Assembly: GCA_904501865.1 (NCBI GenBank)
Contig: CAJGCF010000001.1
Coordinates: 1,121-65,120 of the forward strand
Direction: 5' to 3'
From: an uncultured Clostridia bacterium
GTDB taxonomy: Bacteria; Bacillota; Clostridia; Oscillospirales; CAG-272
Length of the DNA: 64,000 nucleotides
Made by a program: the position numbers and the translations under genes. The notes below the pieces were generated by a model. The model was not told the origin of the DNA. It ran no database searches and was given only the letters and a program-made list of their open reading frames with translations. Shown one piece after another: positions 29,455-38,746 of the stretch; within the stretch, counting starts at the first letter, position 1, and each line of letters begins with the position of its first letter.

Positions 29455-30663
29455 TCAGATAAATTCTCTCGCGATATTGCCAAGGAGCTTTATGCCTTCA
29501 AGTATCTGCTTGTCAGAAGGAGTGCTGTAATTAAGCCTGAAGGACTGTGACGGAGCCTCCGTGTCGCAGTTGAAGGTAGCCCCGGGGACTATTCGCACAC
29601 CTTTGTCGGTGGCGGATTTTATAAACGCATTGGCATTGACTCCATGGGGCAGGGTGCACCAGATAAAGAGACCGCCCTCGGGGCGAGTGAATTTTATCTC
29701 GCTTGGCATATATTTGTCAAGCGCGTCAAGCATAAGCGTGCACTTGTGTCTGTATATCGCACGTATGTCGTCGATGTGTCCGTCAAGGTCGCATTCTGTC
29801 ATATATTTGTAGCAGAGCATCTGGAAAAATAGATTTGTATGAACGTCGCTTGTCTGCTTGGATACCACCATTTTAGAGGCAACCTCATCGGGTGCTATGA
29901 CAAAGCCCACTCTCATTCCTGCCGAAAGTATCTTTGAAAACGTAGAGCAATATATAACTATGCCGTCCTCGTCCATACTCTTTATAGAAGGAATGTCCTC
30001 TCCGGCAAAGCGGAGCTCGCCGTAGGGGTTATCCTCAAGAATCATAAGTCCGTATTTTTTTGCCAACTCGTATATCTTGACCCGTTTTTCGTAGGACGTG
30101 CATATTCCTGCGGGATTTTGAAAATTGGGTATAACGTAGATGAGCTTGGCGTTGGGCGTTGATTTTATGGTTTTTTCAAGCTCGTCTATATTTATACCGT
30201 CGTCCTCAAGTGTAACTCCAACGGGTGTCGCGCCGTTGGAACGGAAAGCGTTTAGCGCGCCTATAAAGGTCGGGTTTTCGCATATCACCGCGTCTCCCTC
30301 GTTGCAGAATACCTTGCAGGCAAGCTCGATGCCTTGCTGACCGCCCGATACTATGATAGTCGTATCGTCAAAGGCATCACCGTCCGAGACGGATCTTCCT
30401 ATGTTGAATTTTTTCTTCTGCCTTTCTGCTATGAGCTCACGCAGGGGAGTATAGCCGTCAGTAGCCCCGTATTGAAGTGCAAGGCTTGGAGAATCCCTGT
30501 ATATCTCGGCGGATATTCGTGCCATATCTTCAACGGGGAAGGATTCGGGCGTGGGATTTCCTGCCGCAAAGGATATAGTGTCGGGAGTTGTGGGTGCTTT
30601 GAGTATCTCACGTATCGCCGAGGGCTTAAGGTTGGCTATTTTATTTGAAAATTTATACGTCAT
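29455..30663 (-). CDS. PLP-dependent aminotransferase, class I/II fold (2-aminoadipate/aromatic aminotransferase-like)
   Basis: About 402 aa. Contains LKPSAIREIL, NPxG (NFQNPAG) and the PLP-lysine context STFSKILSAGMRVGF. The ATG has a GGAG RBS; the track ORF starts 15 nt upstream at TTG. Confidence 0.8.
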   Translation of the reverse strand: MTYKFSNKIANLKPSAIREILKAPTTPDTISFAAGNPTPESFPVEDMARISAEIYRDSPSLALQYGATDGYTPLRELIAERQKKKFNIGRSVSDGDAFDDTTIIVSGGQQGIELACKVFCNEGDAVICENPTFIGALNAFRSNGATPVGVTLEDDGINIDELEKTIKSTPNAKLIYVIPNFQNPAGICTSYEKRVKIYELAKKYGLMILEDNPYGELRFAGEDIPSIKSMDEDGIVIYCSTFSKILSAGMRVGFVIAPDEVASKMVVSKQTSDVHTNLFFQMLCYKYMTECDLDGHIDDIRAIYRHKCTLMLDALDKYMPSEIKFTRPEGGLFIWCTLPHGVNANAFIKSATDKGVRIVPGATFNCDTEAPSQSFRLNYSTPSDKQILEGIKLLGNIAREFI

Positions 30664-30812
30664 AACCGTAATCTCCAATCAATCAGATCATAGTTAGATT
30701 ATACCACCAAAGCTTAGCCATTTCAATACCCGTGCGCAATTTTTTATCAGTTTATTGACATTTTTGCCCCTTTGTGATACAATGTGGTAAATAAAAACTT
30801 TAAGAGGTACTT

Positions 30813-31445
30813 ATGTCTAAAGTAAAATGGAAGGGCGGAGCTCTGATAGCCCCTCTGCCTCCCGTGATGGTAAGCTGTGGAGATATGGAGAGGTCAAATA
30901 TCATAACGGTGGCGTGGACGGGAATTGTCAACACCATACCTCCAAAAACCTATATATCGATAAGGCCGTCGCGACATTCCTACAACATAATAAAGGAGAG
31001 CGGGGAGTTTGTTCTCAATCTTACTCCGTCAAGCCTTATAAGGCATGCGGATTACTGCGGAATATACACGGGAGCAAAGGTTGATAAATTTGCAAAATGC
31101 GGACTTACCAAGGAGGCGGCACAGGTCGTATCTTGTCCCATAATATCGGAATGTCCGCTTTCCCTTGAATGTAAGGTCACAGGGATAATACCGCTTGGAA
31201 CTCACGATATGTTTATGGCGGATATCGTTGCGGTAAACGTTGACGAGGCTCTTATAAACAAGGACGGCAAGCTCGACCTTGCCCGCGCGGGACTTGCCGC
31301 GTTTGCTCATGGAGAGTATTTTGAGCTTGGAAAGAAGATAGGAAGATTCGGATTTTCTACTGACAAAAAGAAAAAGACGTTGAAGACTCACGCGACTCCT
31401 TCCACCAAAAAGGGAACACAGAAAAAAAGCACAAAGCAAAAATGA
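30813..31445 (+). CDS. Flavin reductase-like (FMN-binding split-barrel) protein with Lys-rich C-terminal tail
   Basis: PLPPVMVSCGD...NIITVAWTG...SGAKVDKFAKCGLT is typical of flavoredoxin/flavin reductase domain proteins. A tail of about 29 aa, DKKKKTLKT...KKGTQKKSTKQK, follows. Promoter TTGACA-17-TACAAT lies upstream. Confidence 0.75.
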   Translation: MSKVKWKGGALIAPLPPVMVSCGDMERSNIITVAWTGIVNTIPPKTYISIRPSRHSYNIIKESGEFVLNLTPSSLIRHADYCGIYTGAKVDKFAKCGLTKEAAQVVSCPIISECPLSLECKVTGIIPLGTHDMFMADIVAVNVDEALINKDGKLDLARAGLAAFAHGEYFELGKKIGRFGFSTDKKKKTLKTHATPSTKKGTQKKSTKQK

Positions 31446-31482
31446 TAAAAAACGGAGAGGCACACACCTCTCCGTTTTTTTA
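31445..31482. terminator. Bidirectional intrinsic terminator
   Basis: AAAAAACGGAGAGG-CACACA-CCTCTCCGTTTTTTT, between convergent genes. Confidence 0.8.
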
Positions 31483-31492
31483 TTACATTTAA

Positions 31493-32206
31493 TTATTCGG
31501 CTTTTGTTTCTGCCTCGAAGAATGAGGGGTCAGCCTTGATAAAGAATTCGTAGGAATATCCCTCAACGGTTTCTGCTATCTCAAAGCCATCGGCAGGGGC
31601 AAACTCGATCTTGTACCAACCAAGCTCTGCGTCCTCAGCAACTACCTTGACTTCAGCCCCAACAGCTATCTGACCTACAACGTTGAGTGCGCTTTCAGCG
31701 TCATTCTTTGTTCCGTCGGGAACCTGAGGAGTAACACGTACATTTATAGCTACCTTTGCTACGAGAGTCTTTGACACCTCGGAAAAGTCGTTGTCATCCG
31801 CATTGTAGGTGGTAAGGTTTCTTGTAGCGATGTAAACCTCTTCACCGTCGTATATTACTTTGCTCCATCTTTCGTTGGTGCTGATTGCGATTCTCTGGAG
31901 CTCTGTTCCGGACTTTACCTCTGCGAGCCAGGTGTACTCACCGTCACGAAGAGCAACTGCAGCGGAAGGGTTGACCACGTATACTGTGCCTGTGAGTTCA
32001 GTATAATCAAGCTCACCGGGGTCCGCACCTGCGCTTGTGTCGTCTGTCTCTGTATCAGAGTCGTCGGAATCGCCAGTATCGTTAGGATCTTCGGTAGAAA
32101 TATCTATAGTGTTGCCATCAGTTGTATTTTCTTCTCCATTGTTACAAGCGCAGAAAGATGTAACTATGAAAAGTGCCAAAAGTATCGCTAAAATTTTTCT
32201 TGCCAT
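31493..32206 (-). CDS. Putative lipoprotein with acidic linker and SH3b-like repeats
   Basis: Signal peptide plus Cys (LALFIVTSFCAC). D/E/T-rich linker. Two segments with a bacterial SH3-like pattern (W.KV.YDGEEVYI; GWYKIEF). Confidence 0.55.
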   Translation of the reverse strand: MARKILAILLALFIVTSFCACNNGEENTTDGNTIDISTEDPNDTGDSDDSDTETDDTSAGADPGELDYTELTGTVYVVNPSAAVALRDGEYTWLAEVKSGTELQRIAISTNERWSKVIYDGEEVYIATRNLTTYNADDNDFSEVSKTLVAKVAINVRVTPQVPDGTKNDAESALNVVGQIAVGAEVKVVAEDAELGWYKIEFAPADGFEIAETVEGYSYEFFIKADPSFFEAETKAE

Positions 32207-32484
32207 TTTTGCCTCCTGATAAGTCCGTCGGGACGTTTATTTTTTAATCGTCTGGATATTTTCAACTATAAGTCAATTATATCATATCAAATTTGTAATG
32301 TCAATAACAAAAGTCAAAAATTTTATAATTTTTTGTGGATTCTGGACGAGTGATTTTCAGGCTTGAAGAATAAAACGAGCAGAGTATAAAAAATTAAAAT
32401 TTCGGGCATTTTGTTGACAATTTGGGCGGATTTGTGTTATAATTTTATGCAGAGATTCAAAAGTTCAGGAAACGGAGCAGATGC

Positions 32485-35010
32485 ATGAAAAAATTACTGT
32501 GCATAGACGGAAACAGTATACTAAATCGCCAGTTTTACGGAATAAGATTTTTGTCTACCAAGGACGGATTTCCCACCAATGCCGTATTTGGCTTTGTTAA
32601 TGTTATATTGAAGCAAATCGAGACAATCAATCCCGATTATATAGCCGTTGCGTTTGACCTGAAGGCACCCACCTTCAGACACGGTATGTATTCGGAGTAC
32701 AAGGCGGGCAGGAAGCCGAGTCCCGACGACCTTATAAAGCAGTTTCCTGTGGCAAAGGAGATATGTCGGGCTATGGGAATATCCGTGCTTGAGCTCGAAG
32801 GCTACGAGGCTGATGATATCCTCGGAACACTGTCCAAAATGGCAGAGTGTTGCGAGGATGAGACCGAGGCGTACGTCCTGACGGGAGACCGAGACTCGCT
32901 CCAGCTGATATCCGACAAGACCCGAGTGCTTTTGGCTACAAATACCGACACGGTCACCTTTGACGAAGTCGCCTTTTTTGAAAAATACGGTGTTCGTGCC
33001 TCTCAGTACGTTGACGTAAAGGCACTTATGGGGGATAGCTCGGATAATATTCCCGGAGTCGCGGGAATAGGAGAGAAAACTGCGTTTAAGCTCATAGCAG
33101 AGCAGGGAGATATTGATTCCGTGTACGCAAATCTGGACACTATGGCATTGGGTGCGTCTACCAAGGCAAAGCTTGAGGCAGGCAGAGACAGTGCGTATAT
33201 GTCCAAGCAGCTCGCCACCATAATTCGCGACGTGCCTCTTGGAATATCCCTTCATAATATCTCAAATCACGGAATAGACCGCAATAAGACCAAGGAGTTA
33301 TTTGTTCGCTATGAGCTTCTCGGAGCAATAAAAAGGCTTGGTCTTGACAAGGACGAACCGTCTGCCGTAGCACAGAGCAATGCTCATCCCGATGTCGTAG
33401 ATCTTGAGAGCTCGGATATCGGCAAGCTTGACGGTGAAGTCTACGCTTTTGATTTTGAAAATGACACCGCAACATTTAGTGACGAAAAGAGTATTTTTGT
33501 TATAAACTCACCTGACGCGTCGCTTTTAGATATCCTTGATTCCAAACGAATAGTATGCCTTGATTGCAAACGGATATATCAATCTCTTGAGGAGTATGGC
33601 ATACATTGGCGCTCATGCTTCTTTGACGTAATGCTCGGAGCATACGTGGACGACTCAAACCAAAATGCCTACACAATTGAGCGTCTTTGTGCTACCTATC
33701 TCGGCGAGATAGCGGACGAGACGGTACCTTCCGCTTTCTACGTCGCGAGAATGTGGAAAAAAATAGAGGACAGGCTTGAGGAGAGCGGACAGAAGGCTCT
33801 GCTTTACGATATAGAGATGCCCTTGGCGGCGGTGCTTTGCGATATGGAGAAAGAGGGCTGCCGTATTGACTGCGAGGGAATCGAAAAGTACGGTTATGAG
33901 CTTGATGAAATAGCGTCGGCGCTTGAATCAAGAATATACATGGCAGCGGGAGAGGAGTTCAATATAAACTCCCCAAAGCAGCTTGGGGAGGTGCTTTTCG
34001 AAAAGCTTATGCTCCCATCGGGCAAAAAGACTAAAACGGGATACTCCACAAATGCCGATGTTCTTGAAAAACTGCGCAAATATCACCCTATAATAGACGA
34101 TATACTTGAATACAGACAAATGACCAAGCTCAAGGGCACGTACGTGGACGGTCTGCTCAAGGCTGTCGGCGAGGATGGACGTCTGCATACCACATTCAAG
34201 CAGACGGGCACGGCAACGGGACGCCTTTCCTCGATAAATCCCAACCTGCAGAATATCCCCATAAGAACAGAGGCGGGAAGGCGATTCAGAAAATATTTTA
34301 CGCCTCAAAGCCCCGACTACGTGCTTATCGACGCGGACTATTCGCAGATAGAGCTACGAGTGCTCGCGCATCTCGCTCGCGATGAGCACATGTGCGCGGC
34401 GTTTATGTCGGGGGAGGATATCCACACCGCTACGTCTTGCCGTGTCTTTGGCGTATCACCGGACGAGGTAACGGTGGAGATGAGAAAGAGAGCGAAGGCC
34501 ATCAACTTCGGAATCCTTTACGGAATGGGAGATTTTTCTCTTGCTGACGACCTTAAGATATCACGCGCTAAGGCTAAGGAATATATAGACAGTTATCTTT
34601 CAAGCTATCGTGGTATCGAGACTTATCTTGAAAAGACCATAGCCGACGCCAAGGAGAACGGATATACCACTACGATGTTTTCTCGCAGAAGATATATTCC
34701 CGAGCTTGCGGCGGCGAATAAAATGCTCCGTAATTTCGGAGAGAGAGTGGCAAGAAACAGTCCTATACAAGGCAGTAGTGCCGACATCATAAAGATTGCT
34801 ATGATAAATACTGATAGACGTCTTAAGGATAGCGGGCTTGGAGCACGTCTGTTGCTTCAGGTGCACGACGAGCTTCTCGTGGAGTGTCCCCGAGAACACG
34901 CGGAGAAGGTGTTGGAAATATTGACGTCTGAGATGGAAAACGCTGTAGAGCTCAACGTGCCGCTCAAGGTAGAGGCACAAAGCGGAGATACGTGGTACGA
35001 ATGTCACTGA
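32485..35010 (+). CDS. polA: DNA polymerase I
   Basis: 841 aa. N-terminal 5'-nuclease domain. Family-A motifs DYSQIELRVLAH, RKRAKAINFGILYG, QVHDELLVE. Confidence 0.95.
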   Translation: MKKLLCIDGNSILNRQFYGIRFLSTKDGFPTNAVFGFVNVILKQIETINPDYIAVAFDLKAPTFRHGMYSEYKAGRKPSPDDLIKQFPVAKEICRAMGISVLELEGYEADDILGTLSKMAECCEDETEAYVLTGDRDSLQLISDKTRVLLATNTDTVTFDEVAFFEKYGVRASQYVDVKALMGDSSDNIPGVAGIGEKTAFKLIAEQGDIDSVYANLDTMALGASTKAKLEAGRDSAYMSKQLATIIRDVPLGISLHNISNHGIDRNKTKELFVRYELLGAIKRLGLDKDEPSAVAQSNAHPDVVDLESSDIGKLDGEVYAFDFENDTATFSDEKSIFVINSPDASLLDILDSKRIVCLDCKRIYQSLEEYGIHWRSCFFDVMLGAYVDDSNQNAYTIERLCATYLGEIADETVPSAFYVARMWKKIEDRLEESGQKALLYDIEMPLAAVLCDMEKEGCRIDCEGIEKYGYELDEIASALESRIYMAAGEEFNINSPKQLGEVLFEKLMLPSGKKTKTGYSTNADVLEKLRKYHPIIDDILEYRQMTKLKGTYVDGLLKAVGEDGRLHTTFKQTGTATGRLSSINPNLQNIPIRTEAGRRFRKYFTPQSPDYVLIDADYSQIELRVLAHLARDEHMCAAFMSGEDIHTATSCRVFGVSPDEVTVEMRKRAKAINFGILYGMGDFSLADDLKISRAKAKEYIDSYLSSYRGIETYLEKTIADAKENGYTTTMFSRRRYIPELAAANKMLRNFGERVARNSPIQGSSADIIKIAMINTDRRLKDSGLGARLLLQVHDELLVECPREHAEKVLEILTSEMENAVELNVPLKVEAQSGDTWYECH

Positions 35011-35022
35011 GGAGGAAAAAGT

Positions 35023-35613
35023 ATGGATAACCAAGAGCTTATGTCTCTGCTTGAGAGCAGAAGGACATACCGTAGATTTGACGAGAGCAGAGCAATAGAC
35101 GATGAGATAGTTGCGGATATGAAGCACTCGGCGCAGCTTGCATCAAGTGCTATGAACCGTCAACCTCTGAAATATATATACGTTCGCCGCCCCGACACCG
35201 TCAATGCTATTTTTGATATAACGAGATGGGGCTCGGCGTTGCCGGACGGTCTTGGCAGACCTCGCGAGGGCGAGCGCCCGACTATGTTCGTAGCTGTGCT
35301 TGCGGTAAAGGAGCTGACAACCAGATTTACAGATTTTGATGCGGGACTTGCGGTGTCGAATATAACTCTTGCCGCGTGGAGTCACGGAGTAGGCTCCTGC
35401 GTGCTCGGAAGTGTGGACTGTGAAAGGCTCAGGGAAATGCTTGAAATTCCCGACGAGCTTGAGATCATCACCGTTGTGGGATTTGGATATCCCACGCATA
35501 CCAGCCGAATAGTAGAGGTAAGCGAGGGCGATGATATGAAATATAGCCTCGACGGGCAAAAAAATTACGTTGTGCCGAAAAAAAGCATATCTGATACGGT
35601 CAAGGATATTTAG
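35023..35613 (+). CDS. Nitroreductase-family protein
   Basis: 196 aa. RRTYRRFD at the N-terminus, then S..N.QP... and a VVGFGYP-type C-terminal region. Confidence 0.75.
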   Translation: MDNQELMSLLESRRTYRRFDESRAIDDEIVADMKHSAQLASSAMNRQPLKYIYVRRPDTVNAIFDITRWGSALPDGLGRPREGERPTMFVAVLAVKELTTRFTDFDAGLAVSNITLAAWSHGVGSCVLGSVDCERLREMLEIPDELEIITVVGFGYPTHTSRIVEVSEGDDMKYSLDGQKNYVVPKKSISDTVKDI

Positions 35614-35744
35614 GAGACTGTCTGCGTTGACCTGCGCGCTAATATATAAATAAATTTTAAATTTTCGGAAAAACTATTGAAAGTCAGGGCAAAATCTGAT
35701 ATAATATAAAGGTCCGATGTGTTGGACTAAAATTGATATAATGC

Positions 35745-36052
35745 AGCGTGTGCTGCAAAACGAGGCCATACCAGCCGGGGATTTAGCGGAGCCCTGCACC
35801 TGAAATCCGCTACAGCAGGGGTGGATCCCGCATTTGAGGGCCGAACCTTTACGAATTGAGTCCTATCTGCTGTGTTGACGGGTGGGTCTTGCGCAATTGG
35901 GAGCTGTGAACTATGTCAGAGGGGGAACCAAGCAGCATTAAGCGGTTGACCTGATGTGCCGCGAGGTAGCCTGCCTTGAGCAGAGGGTATGAAGATCGCG
36001 TGGAGGAGAAGTTCGATTTTGCGGTGTATGGTCTCGTTTTGCGGCACACGCT
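35745..36052 (+). ncRNA. ffs: Signal recognition particle RNA, long Bacillus type (with Alu domain)
   Basis: The 5' and 3' ends pair (GTGTGCTGCAAAACGAGGCCATACC / GGTGTATGGTCTCGTTTTGCGGCACAC). Domain IV GUCAGAGGGGGAACCAAGCAGCAUUAAG. Alu-domain blocks parallel B. subtilis scRNA (AGCGGAGCCCTGCACCTGAAATCCGCTACAGCAGGG; GTGTTGACGGGTGGGTCTTGCGCAATTGGGA). Promoter TTGAAA-17-TATAAT at 35677-35705. Conserved position upstream of dnaX. Ends are good to about 10 nt. Confidence 0.9.
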
Positions 36053-36078
36053 TTTAATTACGGGAGAGGAGGGAGAAT

Positions 36079-37731
36079 ATGCATCAGGCGCTATACAGAA
36101 AATGGAGACCTAAAACCTTTGGCGAGGTCTACGGTCAGGACCATATCACGTCGATACTAAAGTATGAGGTTTCAAACTCAAAGTTTTCACACGCATATCT
36201 CTTCTGCGGCTCTCGTGGAACGGGAAAAACTACGTGCGCCAAGATACTTGCAAAGGCAGTCAACTGTTTGCACAGCGAGAACGGAGATCCGTGCGGTAAG
36301 TGTGAGGCTTGCCGTGCGATAGATTCGGGAAGCGCAACTGACGTGCTTGAAATGGACGCGGCGTCAAACAACGGTGTTGACAATATAAGAGATATTCGCG
36401 ATGAGGTCGTGTACTCTCCGTCGAATCTAAAATACCGCGTTTACATCATAGACGAGGTGCATATGCTCTCGACGAGCGCGTTCAACGCTCTTCTCAAAAC
36501 GCTTGAAGAGCCGCCCGAGCACGTAATATTCATTTTGGCGACGACAGAGCTACATAAGCTCCCCGCCACCATAATTTCAAGATGTCAACGGTTTGATTTC
36601 CGCAGAATATCCACCGAGGTGCTCAAAAATCACTTGATGAGAATAGCGGAAAAGGAAGATATACAGATAGACGAGAGTGCGGCGGTTCTGCTTGCGAAAC
36701 ACGCGCAGGGAGGTATGCGAGACGCTATCAGTCTGCTTGAGCTGTGCGCATCAAGCCGACAGAGGATAGATAATGCTCTGGTTGCGAGCACGATAGGCTC
36801 AAGCGGACGCGAGAATATGCTCGCAGTAGTAAAAGCCATATCCGAGAAGGATTATGAAACTATATTTGCCGCAGTGGACGAGGTGGTCAGGTCGTCAAGA
36901 GATATAACGGTGTTCTGGCAGGAGCTCATTTCTGTCTACCGTGACCTTTTGGTCGTGAAAAGTTCAAAGGAGCCGTCTGTGTACCTCGACCTTACCGATA
37001 GCGAGACCGAGGCGCTCACCACGCTCGCGAAAGCCTTTTCAATAGAGCTGTTGTCATACCATTGCGGTATGCTTCAGGAGGCGCTTGTCACAATGCTCAA
37101 GGCAAATGCGGTAAGAAGGATAGTAGCCGAGCTCACGCTTGTCAGAATGTGTGACGAGCGGCTGGTCAATTCCACAGAGGCAATGCTTTCGAGAATTTCC
37201 GCGCTTGAAAAAGCCGTCGCTTCGGGAGCGGTCATAGCGCCCGCGGCGAAAGATGGGGATGGGCAGGAGAAAACAAGCTCGCGTCCGAAAAGCAGAGCAC
37301 GTGCAAAGGTAAGCTCAGACGACGATGAAATGTTTAAGTCGGATGCGCCCGTAGATTATAAGGCGACCGCCCAAAAGGAAGAAAAGACCGCACAGTCGCC
37401 CTCGGACGGCGATAACGTTCGTACCTTGAGGCCCTTTAAGAGCAGAGCAGAGGCCATTGAGCTTATGGGAAGAAAAAATCCTATGCTCTCATCCTTCTTC
37501 AAGGGAGCAAAGTGGTACACAGACGGTGACGGACGTGTGGTCCTGAAATTCTCGACGCAATTCAATATAGATAACGTCAAGACATTTGGCGGAGAGCAAT
37601 TTTTCCTTGATGTCATGTCCGAGGTTATAGGAAAACGGCTTTCGGCATCGGACGTCAAGTATGAATGTGACGAGGAAAAGAGAGACAACGCGATAATAGA
37701 TGAAATAATAGAATCGGCCGAGCAAGGCTGA
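36079..37731 (+). CDS. dnaX: DNA polymerase III subunit gamma/tau
   Basis: 550 aa. Walker A GSRGTGKTT, Zn module CGKCEACRAI, DEVHML, SRC motif (SRCQRF). Confidence 0.95.
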   Translation: MHQALYRKWRPKTFGEVYGQDHITSILKYEVSNSKFSHAYLFCGSRGTGKTTCAKILAKAVNCLHSENGDPCGKCEACRAIDSGSATDVLEMDAASNNGVDNIRDIRDEVVYSPSNLKYRVYIIDEVHMLSTSAFNALLKTLEEPPEHVIFILATTELHKLPATIISRCQRFDFRRISTEVLKNHLMRIAEKEDIQIDESAAVLLAKHAQGGMRDAISLLELCASSRQRIDNALVASTIGSSGRENMLAVVKAISEKDYETIFAAVDEVVRSSRDITVFWQELISVYRDLLVVKSSKEPSVYLDLTDSETEALTTLAKAFSIELLSYHCGMLQEALVTMLKANAVRRIVAELTLVRMCDERLVNSTEAMLSRISALEKAVASGAVIAPAAKDGDGQEKTSSRPKSRARAKVSSDDDEMFKSDAPVDYKATAQKEEKTAQSPSDGDNVRTLRPFKSRAEAIELMGRKNPMLSSFFKGAKWYTDGDGRVVLKFSTQFNIDNVKTFGGEQFFLDVMSEVIGKRLSASDVKYECDEEKRDNAIIDEIIESAEQG

Positions 37732-37756
37732 CATATCAAACAAGGAGATAAAAACA

Positions 37757-38104
37757 ATGAGAGCTAATATACCGAGAGGAATGGGCGGAGGAGCCCAGAA
37801 TATGCAGGCAATGCTTCGTCAGGCACAGAAGATGCAGGAGGACATGGCCGCGCTTCAGGAGGAGCTTGACGCGCGTGAGTATGAGGTCAAGGCAGGCGGC
37901 GGAGTGGTATCCGTTAAGATAAACGGTAAAAAGGAGATACTTGCCATAGATATCCAACCCGAGATAGTAGACCCCGATGACGTTGAAACACTTTCTGATA
38001 TACTCATTGCGGCAGTAAATGAGGCTATAAAGAGAGTTGAGAATACCAACAGTGAAGAAATGGGAAAGGTGACTCAGGGTATGAATATGCCCGGAATGTT
38101 CTGA
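37757..38104 (+). CDS. ybaB: Nucleoid-associated protein YbaB/EbfC
   Basis: 115 aa. MQAMLRQAQKMQEDM...VSVKINGKKEIL. Conserved dnaX-ybaB-recR synteny. Confidence 0.9.
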   Translation: MRANIPRGMGGGAQNMQAMLRQAQKMQEDMAALQEELDAREYEVKAGGGVVSVKINGKKEILAIDIQPEIVDPDDVETLSDILIAAVNEAIKRVENTNSEEMGKVTQGMNMPGMF

Positions 38105-38105
38105 T

Positions 38106-38705
38106 ATGGCGGAGTACATAGAGTCCTTGCAAAAGCTTGCCGAACAGTTTGGCAGACTTGAGGGCGTAGGAAAAAAGAACGCTATGAAAATGGCATTTTC
38201 CGTGCTCGATATGACGGCTGAGGAGGCCGAGGAGTTTTCCAAGGCTATAATAGAGGCAAAAGAGAAGATACATCTCTGTCCTATATGCCAGAACATAACC
38301 GACAGAGAGGTCTGTCCTATATGCGCGGACCCAAACAGAGACAGAAGAACTGTTTGCATAGTCTCTGACCCAAGAGTAGTTATATCTATGGAGAAGGTCA
38401 GGGAATACAAGGGAACATATCACGTCCTTCACGGAGTTATATCTCCTATGAACGGAATTACCCCCGATAAGCTCAAGATAAAGGAGCTGTTGGCAAGGAT
38501 AGACGATGGAGAGATAGAGGAAGCGATAGTAGCCACCAATCCAACGGTCGAGGGAGAGGCTACCGCTATGTATATATCAAGACTTCTAAAGCCTTTTGAC
38601 ATAAAGGTTACAAGACTTGCATACGGTGTTCCTATGGGAAGTGACCTTGAATATGCCGACGAGATAACACTTTACCGCGCTATCGAGGGCAGACGTGATT
38701 TCTGA
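38106..38705 (+). CDS. recR: Recombination protein RecR
   Basis: 199 aa. HhH region GVGKKNA, C4 zinc finger CPICQN...CPIC, Toprim domain. Confidence 0.95.
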   Translation: MAEYIESLQKLAEQFGRLEGVGKKNAMKMAFSVLDMTAEEAEEFSKAIIEAKEKIHLCPICQNITDREVCPICADPNRDRRTVCIVSDPRVVISMEKVREYKGTYHVLHGVISPMNGITPDKLKIKELLARIDDGEIEEAIVATNPTVEGEATAMYISRLLKPFDIKVTRLAYGVPMGSDLEYADEITLYRAIEGRRDF

Positions 38706-38746
38706 TAACAATACGGGACGGCAAAAGCCGTCCCGTATTGTTATCA
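38703..38746. terminator. 44-nt perfect palindromic bidirectional terminator containing both stop codons
   Basis: TGATAACAATACGGGACGGC-AAAA-GCCGTCCCGTATTGTTATCA. The recR TGA (38703-38705) and the topB stop (38744-38746, minus strand) are the outermost stem bases. Confidence 0.8.

Noticed and set aside
35849-36049. A 66-aa ORF on the minus strand upstream of dnaX
   Set aside because: It lies inside the SRP RNA gene, and the RNA homology is far stronger than any coding signal.
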